A stretch of DNA of 64,000 bases from an uncultured virus (IMG/VR IMGVR_UViG_2524614544_000001) (lineage: Duplodnaviria > Heunggongvirae > Uroviricota > Caudoviricetes), in IMG/VR virus record IMGVR_UViG_2524614544_000001. One strand, written 5' to 3'. The notes under the pieces are model-generated. The model searched no databases. It was given only the letters and a program-made list of their open reading frames with translations, and had not been told where the DNA came from. Each line of letters starts with the position of its first letter. Position 1 is the first letter of the stretch. Of the stretch, positions 8,785 to 18,548 are shown in pieces. The position numbers and the translations under genes are program-made.

Positions 8785-9000
8785 CGTCACGTCCCCCCTC
8801 CTCCCTCCCCCGCCGCGGCGGGGTTTGTCGTGCGTGAACCTTGCTGGGCCAGCGGCCCGTTTTCTACGGGCGCCGGGTTTGCGCGTGCTCCTGACGTGCG
8901 CGAACGCGGTGTCTCGCCGTGCTGTTCAGCGAGTCCCGGTTGCGGCTTTGTCAGCGCCAACGCGGTGTGGCGGGTCACCCGATTGGGTGGCCCGCCGTTG

Positions 9001-9240
9001 TCATGCCGCGGTCGTTTCTGCCCGCCGTGCCCGGATGAGCCGGCGGAGTTCCTGCTGGCCGACGCCGCCCCAGATGCCGTGCTGCTCCTCGGCCTGGATG
9101 GCGTGTTCGAGGCAGTCGCGGCGGACGGGGCAGGCCATGCAGGTGCGTTTCGCCGGCGCCGTCGAGCAGCCCGCTTCCGGGTAGTGGGATTCCGGATCGG
9201 TCTGGGCGCACAGGGCGGACTCGCGCCATTCGGTGTTCAC
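9001..9240 (-). CDS. whiB: WhiB family transcription factor
   Basis: C...AKRTCMACPVRRDCLEHA...GIWGG signature. Confidence 0.92.
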   Translation of the reverse strand: MNTEWRESALCAQTDPESHYPEAGCSTAPAKRTCMACPVRRDCLEHAIQAEEQHGIWGGVGQQELRRLIRARRAETTAA

Positions 9241-9635
9241 GCCGCCTCCCCGAAGATCGCTTTGTACTGCTGTCGCATGGGCTGGTCCTCGACGTGGGCG
9301 GGATGAACGCAGCCGGTCCGGCCGCAGCCGCTGGTGACGTTCCCGATGGCGGGCCGGCCCTGACCGAGGCGGAACGCCAGCTGGTACACGGAGGTGCGGG
9401 CGTTTCCGATCTGCCTGCCGGGTCCAGGCCACATGAGGTGCCCGTCGTCGGTGGGCTGAGCCCGCCGCCAGAACACGCCCTCGGGGTTACTCGGAGGCGG
9501 GCCGGGCTTCCGGGTGGGCAAGCCGAGCTCGTGGCGGACTGCCCTCACCTTCCGGCGGTGGACGTGTAGCTGCCGGGCTATGGCCTTGTCAGACAGACCG
9601 GCACGCAGGAGTTCCGTGATCGCAGCCCCGTTCAT
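9237..9635 (-). CDS. HTH protein with a degenerate HNH-like C-terminus
   Basis: GLSDKAIARQLHV HTH; CGRTGCVHPAHV. Confidence 0.65.
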   Translation of the reverse strand: MNGAAITELLRAGLSDKAIARQLHVHRRKVRAVRHELGLPTRKPGPPPSNPEGVFWRRAQPTDDGHLMWPGPGRQIGNARTSVYQLAFRLGQGRPAIGNVTSGCGRTGCVHPAHVEDQPMRQQYKAIFGEAA

Positions 9636-10483
9636 GCCGCAGCCTCGTAGTCGGTGCCGAGGACGCGGTCGATGTAGGAGCGGTCCTTGCGGAGGCGTTC
9701 TGCGGCCTGAGTGCGGCTGAGGCCGCCCGTTTCGATGAGCCACCGTGCTTCTTCCGCGAGGAGTTCGGCGCGGGTGAAGCCGTACTCCGGGGTGAAGTGC
9801 GGGTCGTCGATGGCGTCGGGGTGCTGGTCCCAGTACTGCGGCTTCGGCCAGCGGTTCGACGAGGCAAGGTTCCTCGCCCGCCTGGCTCGACTGGCGTTCA
9901 CCCCGTACCGGCTGGGCCGGGTGTTGCGCAGTTGGTCGTAGCCGTCGGCGACCTTCTCTGCGGTTGAAGCCCACACGCCCCTGTTGGTGTCGGCCTGCTT
10001 GAGGAGGTCGTGGGCGTAGGGGGCGCTGAGCCCGAAGGCGTGGCTGAGTTCGCGGATCGGCCATCCGAGGGCGACGAGGGCCTGGATGCGTCGCCTTGTG
10101 CCAGTGCTGTCCATGACCGCGGCTCGCGCCTGCTCGGCGGTTACGGCGAGGATTCGTGCGGCGTGCTCGGCTCGGACGCGGTGCTTTGCCGGTCGGCGTT
10201 TGGTGTCGGAACCTGGCACGAACGCGCGGACGGTTTCCTTGTCGACCCCGGAGACGAGTGCGACGCGGTTGACGGGCACGCCTTGCGCTTGCAGGTCGAG
10301 CAGGTGCTGGCGGACGGGTGTGGCGTCGACGAACGGCTGCCACTGCCCGTGCTTCTGCTTGTTGCGTGCCTCGCGCTGCCACTGGCGTTTGCGTTCGACG
10401 CATGCGGGGAGCCGGCATCCGTAGTCGGTGTAGCAGGTGAGCTTGTTGTGGTGGGGTGCTTCGCGGCGGGTGTTGGTGGTCAT
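9632..10483 (-). CDS. Multi-HTH phage DNA-binding protein
   Basis: CYTDYGCRLPAC, TGTRRRIQALVALGW and a terminal HTH. Confidence 0.7.
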   Translation of the reverse strand: MTTNTRREAPHHNKLTCYTDYGCRLPACVERKRQWQREARNKQKHGQWQPFVDATPVRQHLLDLQAQGVPVNRVALVSGVDKETVRAFVPGSDTKRRPAKHRVRAEHAARILAVTAEQARAAVMDSTGTRRRIQALVALGWPIRELSHAFGLSAPYAHDLLKQADTNRGVWASTAEKVADGYDQLRNTRPSRYGVNASRARRARNLASSNRWPKPQYWDQHPDAIDDPHFTPEYGFTRAELLAEEARWLIETGGLSRTQAAERLRKDRSYIDRVLGTDYEAAA

Positions 10484-10815
10484 CGCTCTTCCTCCTGAGC
10501 GTGTTCGACGGCGTTGAGTTGTGCTTCGAGGCGTGCGTTGACGAGGCCGGCGGGCATGGCCAGGTAGGCGTCGGCCCGGTCGGCGACGCGGCAGAGGCGG
10601 TAGGCGCGGGCGCTGTATGCGCGGCGGGTGGCCCGGTCGCGGCGGCGGTCGGCGGCCCAGCGGAGGCTGCGCCATACCGCGGTCCCGGTCGCGGCGGCCA
10701 GGAGTCCGGGCCCGAGGGTGATGGCGGTGTCGATGACCGTGTCGCCGGCTGCGGCGTTCGCGGCGAGGATCTGGCTGCCGGTGAGGAGGGCGTCGAGGCC
10801 GTTCATGCCGTCCAC
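10480..10815 (-). CDS. Small membrane protein
   Basis: One hydrophobic segment; coupled in the operon. Confidence 0.5.
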   Translation of the reverse strand: MDGMNGLDALLTGSQILAANAAAGDTVIDTAITLGPGLLAAATGTAVWRSLRWAADRRRDRATRRAYSARAYRLCRVADRADAYLAMPAGLVNARLEAQLNAVEHAQEEER

Positions 10816-11177
10816 CGCCTTGTGGGGATGCCCGCGGCTTCGGCGAGGTTGGCGCAGCCGGTGGCGCCTCGGCTGTTGTTACGGATGAATGCAAGGCAGA
10901 CGTCGGCGCCCTTGGCGACCATGTGCTGGTTGCGGAGCGGTCCGGCCTTCCGCCCGTGGAGGTGCCAGGCCGCCTCGTGGGGTTCCTCGGTGACGTGCTC
11001 GTAGTCGAGCGCCCAGACCTTGGCCATGATGTCGGCGCCGGTCGGGCAGTCGCCGTGGACAACGACTGCCGGCTGGTCGTGCGGAAGGTCGGCGAGGACT
11101 TCGTCCAGGGCGCGGCGGACCAGGCCCACGTCCTGCCAGTCGCGGCTGCCGGTGACGAGGATGCGGTACGGGTTCAT
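10803..11177 (-). CDS. DUF2493/YspA-like SLOG family protein
   Basis: ILVTGSR, VVHGDCPTGAD, AGPLRNQHM and SRGA motifs. Confidence 0.85.
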   Translation of the reverse strand: MNPYRILVTGSRDWQDVGLVRRALDEVLADLPHDQPAVVVHGDCPTGADIMAKVWALDYEHVTEEPHEAAWHLHGRKAGPLRNQHMVAKGADVCLAFIRNNSRGATGCANLAEAAGIPTRRWTA

Positions 11178-11542
11178 GCCGCGCTCCCCTGGGCTCGGGT
11201 CCGGCGTTGGGCGGCGACCTCGGATCCTTTGATCGACAGGCGCCAGACGGCGATGGGGTGTCCGTGGGTGGCCTGGCTGGTGGAGGGGACGTACTGGCCG
11301 GTGTGGTCGATGAGGCCGCCCTGCCGCATGGCGTTGATCGCGGCACCGAGGAACCCGTGACCCAACTCGGGGAGGAGGTCTCGGAGGAGGTTGCAGCTGA
11401 AGGTGTCCTCGTTGAGGGCGACGGCGTACACGGCCTGCTCGACGAGGAACTGGTCCCAGGATGACTGGTTGGCTATGTCGGTGAGGAGCATGTCGCGGTC
11501 GGCGGCGGCGTGACGTTCGGCGACAGACAGGCGGCGGGTCAT
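11174..11542 (-). CDS. Phage hypothetical protein
   Basis: GGAG RBS; coupled ORF. Confidence 0.65.
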   Translation of the reverse strand: MTRRLSVAERHAAADRDMLLTDIANQSSWDQFLVEQAVYAVALNEDTFSCNLLRDLLPELGHGFLGAAINAMRQGGLIDHTGQYVPSTSQATHGHPIAVWRLSIKGSEVAAQRRTRAQGSAA

Positions 11543-12297
11543 GAGGCTTCTCCCAGGTCGTTGAAGGAGAGGGTGGTTTGCGGGCGGGTTCCGCCTCGGG
11601 CTTCCCAGGCGGTGCGGTACCGGTCGACGCCGTCGGAGCACTCCTCGCGGGCGTGGAAGATCGCGGAGTGCTCAGGGAGGTCCGGGCGCCACAGGTTCGG
11701 GCCGGGGAACCGGGTCGACTTCTGGCGGCGGGTGATGTGCTCGCCGCAGCTCATGCAGTGCCCGGCGGGGATCTCCATGAGGACTTCGGTGCGGGCCATC
11801 TCCCTGTCGGCGCTGGTCTCGGCCTCTTCGTGACGGCACGGCGGGAGTTCGCCGCAGGCCCGGCAGATCAGGTAGTGCTCGGGGAGGATCTGCCATGTGT
11901 AGTGGGCGGGCGCTTCGAGGTGAACGGGCTTGGCGGTGGGGTCCTGGTCGGGGACGGCGACGACGACGAAGGGGCGTCCGGCCCATGTGGCACGCTCGGG
12001 CTTGTCGCCTCGCTGGCTTCTCTCCCAGGCGCGGAGGATCCCGGCGAACATGGCCTCGTGTTCGTCGTCCCAGTCCTGAAGTCGGTCGACGATCTCGACG
12101 ATGCGCCACGGTGCCCGCTCGTAGATGAAGATGACGCCGGGGGTGAGCTGGACGTATCCGGCGATGGCGAGCTTCTCGTGGACGCGGTCCTGGTAGCGGC
12201 GGGACGCGGAGGAGGACTCGCCGATGCGGTTCCACTTGGTGACGGGCGGGTTGATGCCGCCCTTCTTCGTGGTCTGACGGGGGTACCAGCGGGTCAC
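11539..12297 (-). CDS. Phage hypothetical protein with two CxxC motifs
   Basis: GGAGG RBS; GC3 bias. Confidence 0.7.
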   Translation of the reverse strand: MTRWYPRQTTKKGGINPPVTKWNRIGESSSASRRYQDRVHEKLAIAGYVQLTPGVIFIYERAPWRIVEIVDRLQDWDDEHEAMFAGILRAWERSQRGDKPERATWAGRPFVVVAVPDQDPTAKPVHLEAPAHYTWQILPEHYLICRACGELPPCRHEEAETSADREMARTEVLMEIPAGHCMSCGEHITRRQKSTRFPGPNLWRPDLPEHSAIFHAREECSDGVDRYRTAWEARGGTRPQTTLSFNDLGEAS

Positions 12298-12998
12298 AGC
12301 GCCGCCTCCTTCTGGCGTGGGGTGAGTGGCCAGCCCCCTTCGACGACGGCGTCGGGCCGGGTCTGGCGGAAGTGGGCCTGAAGCGAGGCGGCCTGTTCGG
12401 CAGCCCACCCGACCTGCGCGGCATGCAGGTCAGCCAGGGTTATGACGGCGAGCTGCGGGTAGCGGGTGGCCTGCCGCCATGCGATCCGACAGGCGGCGAT
12501 TGCGTCGGCGTCGGCGGAGTGCGCACCGTCCAGTCGGACCTGGTAGTGCTCGCACAGGTGGGTGAGGGTCCGCTTCCCCGGCCGGTAGCGGTCGACTTCC
12601 TTGTCGATGACGAAGGGGTCGATGACCGGGCCGGCGGGCAGCGGGTCGAGGCCGAACCGTGCGGCTTCCCGGTCGAGGAGGGTGAGGTCGAAACGGGCGT
12701 TCATGGCGACGACGGGGGTGCCGGAGGTGATGACCTGCCGGAGTGCGGTCAGGATCTCGTCGACGGCCTGCCGCAAGTCGACCCCGTCTGCGTGGGCCTT
12801 CTCGGTGCTGATGCCGTGAACGGCGGCGGCCTCGGCGGGGATCTCCAGCCCGCCGACGTCGGTCAGCCAGTTCGCGGCCACGGTGGGCTGCTGGCCGCCG
12901 ACCTGGACGATGCACGCGGTGACGATGCGGGCGGTCAGCGGGTCGGGGCCCGTGGTCTCCAGGTCAAAGCCGGCCATGCGGCCGAGGTGCCAGGTCAT
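12294..12998 (-). CDS. DnaQ-like DEDDh 3'-5' exonuclease
   Basis: FDLETTG, MNARFD and AHSADAD motifs. Confidence 0.9.
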   Translation of the reverse strand: MTWHLGRMAGFDLETTGPDPLTARIVTACIVQVGGQQPTVAANWLTDVGGLEIPAEAAAVHGISTEKAHADGVDLRQAVDEILTALRQVITSGTPVVAMNARFDLTLLDREAARFGLDPLPAGPVIDPFVIDKEVDRYRPGKRTLTHLCEHYQVRLDGAHSADADAIAACRIAWRQATRYPQLAVITLADLHAAQVGWAAEQAASLQAHFRQTRPDAVVEGGWPLTPRQKEAAL

Positions 12999-13324
12999 GA
13001 CGCGGCCTGCCTGAGCTGGATGATGCGGCCCTGGTGGGCGGCCTCGAACGCCCAGTGGTTGCGGTTGCCGCTGAAGGTGGGCACATCGACGAGGCCGGGG
13101 CCGAGGGTGACTGCGCCGAGGACGACGGCTTCGTGGACGGTGGCCCGGTCGAAGGTCTTGAGGTGGGCGTAGGGGCCCTCGGCGCCGTTGCGGAGCTCGG
13201 GCACGATGAGGGCTGCGTGCTGCTGGTTGCGCTTGATGTAGCACGGGCGGCCGAACGAGGACCGGTAGCGCAGCAGGTTGATCAAGTTCCGGACGGCGGG
13301 GCGGTAGGTGACGGGCTTCGTCAT
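12995..13324 (-). CDS. Phage hypothetical protein
   Basis: AGGAG RBS; coupled to the exonuclease gene. Confidence 0.65.
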   Translation of the reverse strand: MTKPVTYRPAVRNLINLLRYRSSFGRPCYIKRNQQHAALIVPELRNGAEGPYAHLKTFDRATVHEAVVLGAVTLGPGLVDVPTFSGNRNHWAFEAAHQGRIIQLRQAAS

Positions 13325-13390
13325 CGTGGTCTCCTGGTCTGGGGCAGCCCCGTATTTCGGGTACGGGGCTGCCCCGAGGCGTGGGTGGGG

Positions 13391-14152
13391 TTAGAACGGG
13401 GGGTTCTCCGGCAGGGAGCTGAGGACGATGTCCTCGGCGGCTCCGGACCCCATGCCGAGGGCGGTAGTGATGCGGTTCAGGGACTGCGGCCAGCGGCTCG
13501 CCGGAACACGGCCTTCCTCGGCGGTCTGGATCGCCTTCTCGGAGACCTCGGCACGCTCGGACAGGGACCGGCGGCTCAGCTGCTGCGTCTCGCGCTCCCT
13601 GCGGATGGCCCGGCCGAGCATCAGCCACGCCGACTGATCCGCCTTGAGTGCCTGCGCGCGGCGGACGGTCGTACCGCCTTCCGGGTTCGAGGGCGCCCAC
13701 GGATCGCGCGCGGCGTTCTTCTCGGCGGCGTATCCGATCCATCCGCCGCTGACGGCCCGGTTGGGCTCAGCAGCGTCCGGCTCGGGGGTGTGGACCTGCC
13801 CGCAGGCGCCGCGCCGCTGCTCCTCCTCGGTGGCCAGCTCGCACGGGATGGTGCCCGTGTCGAGTACCTGCCGGAGGTTGCGGATCGTGCGGAGCTGCAC
13901 GTAGCGGTAGTTGCGGTACCGCTCCTCCAGGTCGGCGTGCTTGCTGCCCTCCATAGGCTTGTAGCTGTCGGCGACCTCTTCCCACCGTTCGAGGAGGGTG
14001 GCGAGCTGCTCACGGATCGGGTCCTGCTTGGTGGCGAGTGTCGCGTGCACCTGTGCAGCGGCAAGGCAGTCGATGCGCTGCTGCCCGGACGGGGACTTGG
14101 TGGCGACCTTGAGGAGTCGCTCGCTCTCGCGGTAGTGCTCGGGTCCAGTCAC
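13391..14152 (-). CDS. Protein with a C-terminal XRE HTH domain
   Basis: LGRAIRRERETQQLSRRSLSERAEVSEKAIQTAEEG; AAGGAG RBS. Confidence 0.7.
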   Translation of the reverse strand: MTGPEHYRESERLLKVATKSPSGQQRIDCLAAAQVHATLATKQDPIREQLATLLERWEEVADSYKPMEGSKHADLEERYRNYRYVQLRTIRNLRQVLDTGTIPCELATEEEQRRGACGQVHTPEPDAAEPNRAVSGGWIGYAAEKNAARDPWAPSNPEGGTTVRRAQALKADQSAWLMLGRAIRRERETQQLSRRSLSERAEVSEKAIQTAEEGRVPASRWPQSLNRITTALGMGSGAAEDIVLSSLPENPPF

Positions 14153-14214
14153 TTTCGTGGTCTCCTTGGGTGGGACGCCCCGCAATGCCCGCGGGGCGTC
14201 CCGTCGTGTGCGGG

Positions 14215-15099
14215 CTACTTGCCGGAGCCGGGCTGGCGGACTTCCTGACCGGCCCACGGGTCGTCGTCCGGCGGCGGGGTGTTGTTGCCGTTCTTGGCCG
14301 GCGCCTTGCTTTTGATCTCCGCCGCGGTGATGCGGGCCTGCGGGAACTCGTCCTCGACAGCGATCTCCCGGCGCTGGATCGACTTGTGAGTGATGAGCAG
14401 CTGCGCAATGTCCGGGCCAGTCCACTGGTCGCGCTTCCGGCCGAGCTTCTGCTCCAGCCGGTCCGCGCTGACTCCGAGCCCGGCGAACACCTGGATGGCG
14501 CCCTCGATGCGTTCCGGGAGCGGCTTGCCGTCGCCCTTGTTCAGGGTCTGGCGGCACAGGTCTTCGGCCTCTTCGATGAACCAGTCCGGGATCGTCGCGA
14601 AGATCGCCTCGCGGAGGCGCCTCGCACCGTTGTTGGCGTTGTTCTCGTAGATGTCCCGGAGGTCTTCGAGCTGGACGACCTTGCGGTTGGCGAACTTGGC
14701 GTGCGGGACGATGAACGTGAGGACGTGCCGGGTGTTGTTCTCGACGTCCCAGGCCCAGGCCTGCATTTCGGACTGCCGGTACTCGTCGTCGCGGCGCATC
14801 TCGGTGACGCCGTACTGGATGTTGCCCCACGACTGGGCGAGGGTCTTCGCGAGGTGGATGGTGGAGCCTTCGACGGCGCCGCCCGCCCGGGGGAACCGGT
14901 AGAACGCCTTCCCGGCGAGGGCCATGGACTGGCAGGCGGAGTGGATGCTGTTGCGGGCGCGGCCGATGTCGCGGGGGAATTGGCGGGCCACGTAGATGGC
15001 GGCCTGGACCTCGGCGACGGCCCGGGACTGCTCGACCGCGGTGCCCTGGCCGAGGCGGTCCGGGGCGGGGGCGGGCTGCTGCTGGGCGGGGAAGTTCAC
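14215..15099 (-). CDS. Putative single-strand annealing recombinase (partner of the RecE-like exonuclease)
   Basis: Coupled downstream of the exonuclease; acidic DDDPW tail. Confidence 0.6.
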   Translation of the reverse strand: MNFPAQQQPAPAPDRLGQGTAVEQSRAVAEVQAAIYVARQFPRDIGRARNSIHSACQSMALAGKAFYRFPRAGGAVEGSTIHLAKTLAQSWGNIQYGVTEMRRDDEYRQSEMQAWAWDVENNTRHVLTFIVPHAKFANRKVVQLEDLRDIYENNANNGARRLREAIFATIPDWFIEEAEDLCRQTLNKGDGKPLPERIEGAIQVFAGLGVSADRLEQKLGRKRDQWTGPDIAQLLITHKSIQRREIAVEDEFPQARITAAEIKSKAPAKNGNNTPPPDDDPWAGQEVRQPGSGK

Positions 15100-15968
15100 A
15101 GGTACATCTCCTTGTCACGGTTCTCGGCGTAGCCGGGCAGAGCGAGGTAGTTGGGTTCGTCGCCGTATCCGGGCCAGTGGCCGGTGGACATGCACTCGGC
15201 GAAGATTTCGATGGCGCGGCGGTTCTTGGCGCCGCCGATCATGCGGGACCCGAACTCGATGCCGATGACGTTGATCAGGTACGGGGCTTTCTTCTCCTGC
15301 ACGATCAGGAGGAGTTCGGCGTCGTCGCCGCCGAGGCCGAGGGCTCGGGAGGCTTCCTCGTACCAGTCGGCCTGGCAGTTGTAGCCGTACTTCTCGATCT
15401 CCCTTTCCATGACCCGGTTGCTGGCGTCGGCGGCGGTCTTGTAGTCGGGGATGATCAGGCGGCCTTCCTGGATGGACGGCAGCCAGTCGAAGCGGACGCG
15501 GCGGCGGATGCCGGTCGGCCCGTCGATCCAGAACCCGGACTGCTCGGGGGCCCCGTAGGCGGGGTCGAGGAGTGCGGCTGCCAGGGGGTGCTGGCGGATG
15601 GCCGCGGCCATGCCGGTGACCATGTCCATCTCGTGCTGCTTGAGAGGGATGGCGCCGCGGTTGCGGGCTTCGGTGACCTCGGCTTTGGCGGCCTTGGTGT
15701 TCCATGTGTCGTGCTCGATGACGACGAGTTCGGGGCCGTTGCCGAGGACGAGCTTGTGGGCGGCGTTGCCGTAGTCGAACGTCTTCGTGGCCGGCTGCGG
15801 GTTGTCCTGCTCGTAGCGAAAGTGGGCGGGGGTGGACGGGGCCAGGAGCTTGCGGGCGCCGGAGGAGGAGAGGGACGTCTTGTCGGCGTGGTAGTCGGCG
15901 TTCGACAGGTCGGTGTGGATGCCCAGCGCGGGGGCTTCGGTGACCGGGTGGTCGGCGATGGCGGTCAT
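15096..15968 (-). CDS. RecE/exonuclease VIII-like PD-(D/E)XK nuclease
   Basis: YHAD...LSSSG, GNAAH, RFDWL, DYKT and YGYNCQADWY motifs. Confidence 0.88.
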   Translation of the reverse strand: MTAIADHPVTEAPALGIHTDLSNADYHADKTSLSSSGARKLLAPSTPAHFRYEQDNPQPATKTFDYGNAAHKLVLGNGPELVVIEHDTWNTKAAKAEVTEARNRGAIPLKQHEMDMVTGMAAAIRQHPLAAALLDPAYGAPEQSGFWIDGPTGIRRRVRFDWLPSIQEGRLIIPDYKTAADASNRVMEREIEKYGYNCQADWYEEASRALGLGGDDAELLLIVQEKKAPYLINVIGIEFGSRMIGGAKNRRAIEIFAECMSTGHWPGYGDEPNYLALPGYAENRDKEMYL

Positions 15969-16462
15969 GCTGCGGTGCCTTCCATGGTCGGGGCGTAGTA
16001 GCAGTGGCCGGGGCGTTCGCTGCGGAGTTCGAGGAGGCCCTCGCGGTGGAGGCGTTCGAGGCGGTCACGGGCGACGGACCGGTAGATGTGGGTGCCGGTC
16101 GCGCGGCGCAGGACCACCCGGGCCCGCCCCGGGGTCCACTCGCCGGCCTCGGTGGCGATGGCCTGCCGGAGTGCCCGCAGTGACTCCTGCGAGCTGACCG
16201 GGTGTCGGTTCGGCGGCTTCGGGTTGAGTCGGTAGGCGCGGCGGCCGTCGACGGTGGTGTGGATGAGGTGTCCGCGGTGGGCGAGGTCCCGGAGGTCTCG
16301 CCGTGCGGCATTGCGGCCGAGGGTGCTGTGCAGGTGGTTTCGGTAGAGGGAGCAGACGTCGCTGGTCGTGAGGGGGTGGCGGGGGATCTGCTTGATGAGG
16401 GTGAGCAGGTAGTCGCGGCGGCCGGTGACGTCCATGACCTGGCGGAGTTCGGTGGCGGTCAC
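15965..16462 (-). CDS. Tandem winged-helix-like protein
   Basis: Two ARxxLxxLxxxGxL repeats. Confidence 0.55.
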   Translation of the reverse strand: MTATELRQVMDVTGRRDYLLTLIKQIPRHPLTTSDVCSLYRNHLHSTLGRNAARRDLRDLAHRGHLIHTTVDGRRAYRLNPKPPNRHPVSSQESLRALRQAIATEAGEWTPGRARVVLRRATGTHIYRSVARDRLERLHREGLLELRSERPGHCYYAPTMEGTAA

Positions 16463-16637
16463 TTCTTGCCGTCCTGTTCGTCGAGGCAGTCTTCGCAGAC
16501 GGGGCCTTCGGGTTGGCGGCTGAACGGTCCGGCGGTGTCGTCGCAGCGGACGCAGGCGATCATGTGGTTCTCCTGGGATGATCTGTTTGGGTGCCCCCGC
16601 CGACTTCGCCTCGGCGGGGGCGTTCGTGTGAGGCGGG

Positions 16638-17744
16638 TCAGACCCGGACCGGCATGAGCACGGCCCGGTAGGTACCGCCGTCGGCCGGTTCGACCAGGGC
16701 CGGCTTCGTCGGCGTGGAGAACCACATGTCGACCGCCCCCTCGACCGGTGCGATCACCGAGGCCAGGTAGCCGGGCCGGTAGTAGATGGCGAACCCGTTC
16801 AAGCCGTCCTGTTCGGCGTCGACACGGGTGCGACCGGAAGGGCCTCCACTGCCACCACTGACCGTGGCCCCCTGACCGTCGAAGGCGACCTGTACCGGCT
16901 TGACGTCGCTTTCGTTGACCAGGGCTGCACGCTTCACTGCGGCCACCAGTTCGGCGGCGTCGAACGTGGCCTTGCCTGCGGCATCGTCCTTCTTCGGGAA
17001 CAGGCGGGTGATGTCGGGGAAGTCGGCGGCAATGCACCGGCTGGTCACGGTCATGGCCGCATTGGAGAGGGATGCCACCGCGTTTCCGGCGGTGGGGAAT
17101 CCGATGGTGACCTGCCCGCCGTCCAGGGCCTTGGCGGTTGCCGCCAGGTCCGGGGCAGGGATGAGGAGGCCGCCGTCGGCGTCCGCCCAAGGCAGGGCGT
17201 ACTGGACCATGCGGTAGCTGTCCGACGCCCGCACCCAAAGGGTGCCGTCGACGGCGGCGACGCTGACCCCGCCGAACGCTTCGAACCGGCCCACCGCATC
17301 CTTCTGCGGCATGGACACCGACGCGGCGTGCACCACCGCGGCGGCGAACCCGGCGCCGTCCACCGTTCCCGATGCGGCAGGCGCCTCGGGCAGGGCCGGG
17401 TAGTCGTTGCGGGCCATCACCGGCAGCTGGAACTGGTTGCCGGGGGTGGACACTTCGAGGTGGTACTCGTCGCCCACCAGGTCTACAGGCCCGGCCGGGA
17501 GCGCGGCGGTGACGTCGGCGAGCATCCGCCCGGACACCACGACCACACCGGGTTCGAGGACGGTGCCGTCGAGGGTGCTGCGGGTGCTGGTCTCGTAGTC
17601 GAACCCGGACAGGGTGACGGCACCGGTGTCGGCGGCGTCGAGGATGAGACCGCCCATGATCGGGGCGGGCGGGTTGGTGGGGAGCCGGCGGTGGGCGCGC
17701 TTCGCGGCGTCGGCCAACTGCTTCTGCTCGATGCGAATCTTCAC
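16638..17744 (-). CDS. dnaN: DNA polymerase III beta sliding clamp (phage-encoded)
   Basis: About 368 aa; LSGFDYETS, VVVSGRMLAD, DYPALP, ASDSYRM, FPDITRLFP and C-terminal LMPVR. Confidence 0.92.
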   Translation of the reverse strand: MKIRIEQKQLADAAKRAHRRLPTNPPAPIMGGLILDAADTGAVTLSGFDYETSTRSTLDGTVLEPGVVVVSGRMLADVTAALPAGPVDLVGDEYHLEVSTPGNQFQLPVMARNDYPALPEAPAASGTVDGAGFAAAVVHAASVSMPQKDAVGRFEAFGGVSVAAVDGTLWVRASDSYRMVQYALPWADADGGLLIPAPDLAATAKALDGGQVTIGFPTAGNAVASLSNAAMTVTSRCIAADFPDITRLFPKKDDAAGKATFDAAELVAAVKRAALVNESDVKPVQVAFDGQGATVSGGSGGPSGRTRVDAEQDGLNGFAIYYRPGYLASVIAPVEGAVDMWFSTPTKPALVEPADGGTYRAVLMPVRV

Positions 17745-17884
17745 TGCTGGGGCTCCTCGTCGAACAGTGCCTCGATCTGGAACGGGGCCGTCTCGGGTGC
17801 CTCCTCGTCGGGGTGCCACGGCATGGGCTGGCCGCTGCCGACGATCTCGGTGTCGGGGAACAGGGCGTCCTGCGTGTACTGCAT
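17741..17884 (-). CDS. 47-aa acidic peptide with two clamp-binding-like motifs (QDALF, QIEALF)
   Basis: AAGGAG RBS 6 nt before the ATG; its stop overlaps the dnaN start (GTGA). Confidence 0.65.
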   Translation of the reverse strand: MQYTQDALFPDTEIVGSGQPMPWHPDEEAPETAPFQIEALFDEEPQQ

Positions 17885-17947
17885 GGCGTGCTCCTTCGAT
17901 GAGTTGGGCGCCGGGCCGGGGGCCGGTGGCATCCGCCGGCCCGGCGG

Positions 17948-18457
17948 GTCAGGCGGCGATGACGCGGAACGACTGCGTGGTCTCCGAGTCGGAGTCGCCG
18001 GGCACCCAGGTCGGGGTGCGAGGGCCGGCGGCCGGTGCGTCGGCGATGCGGACGACGGGGCTGACGCCGTGGGCTTCCCACAGCGGGCGGTCGCCTGGTC
18101 GGCGCCGTCGTCGGTGTCCCGGATGCTCGGCGGGACAGTGATCTTGTTGGCGTTGGCGTCGGCCGCCAGGTACGGGGCGAGCCGGGCCCGGAGCGCGGCC
18201 ACTTCGTCGCGCAACTGGTCGCGCTCCTCGGTGCGGTCGCCGAGGTCCGCAGAGAGGCAGACGACGACCTGCTCGGCCTCGGCCCGCTTGCCGCGAACGT
18301 CGGCCAGCTGGTGCTCCAGGGCGGTGATGGCCTGGCCGGCGTTGATGACCTGGGCCCGGAGCTGGTGGTTCTCGGCGCGCAGGTCGGTCACGGCGTCGAT
18401 GGCACGGTGCTTGGGCTTGGTGCGGTGTATCCCGAAGTGAGCGAGGTGGATGCTCAT
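17948..18457 (-). pseudogene. Coiled-coil phage protein, apparently frameshifted near 18085
   Basis: Coding bias shifts frame after DQATA; the other frame reads LWEAHGVSPVV...VIAA-stop. Confidence 0.45.
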
Positions 18458-18548
18458 GACTTGCCCTTCCGGGGCCAGAGGGATGGGGCGGCGGCCAGTG
18501 CGCAGAAGGCGAGGCCGATCAGGGCGGCGGTGACCGTGTACGCGGCCA

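Noticed and set aside
8326..8790. N-terminal extension of the 715-aa methyltransferase ORF
   Set aside because: It is antisense to the Phd-like gene, and the AAGGAGG RBS supports the TTG start at 8325 just before motif I.
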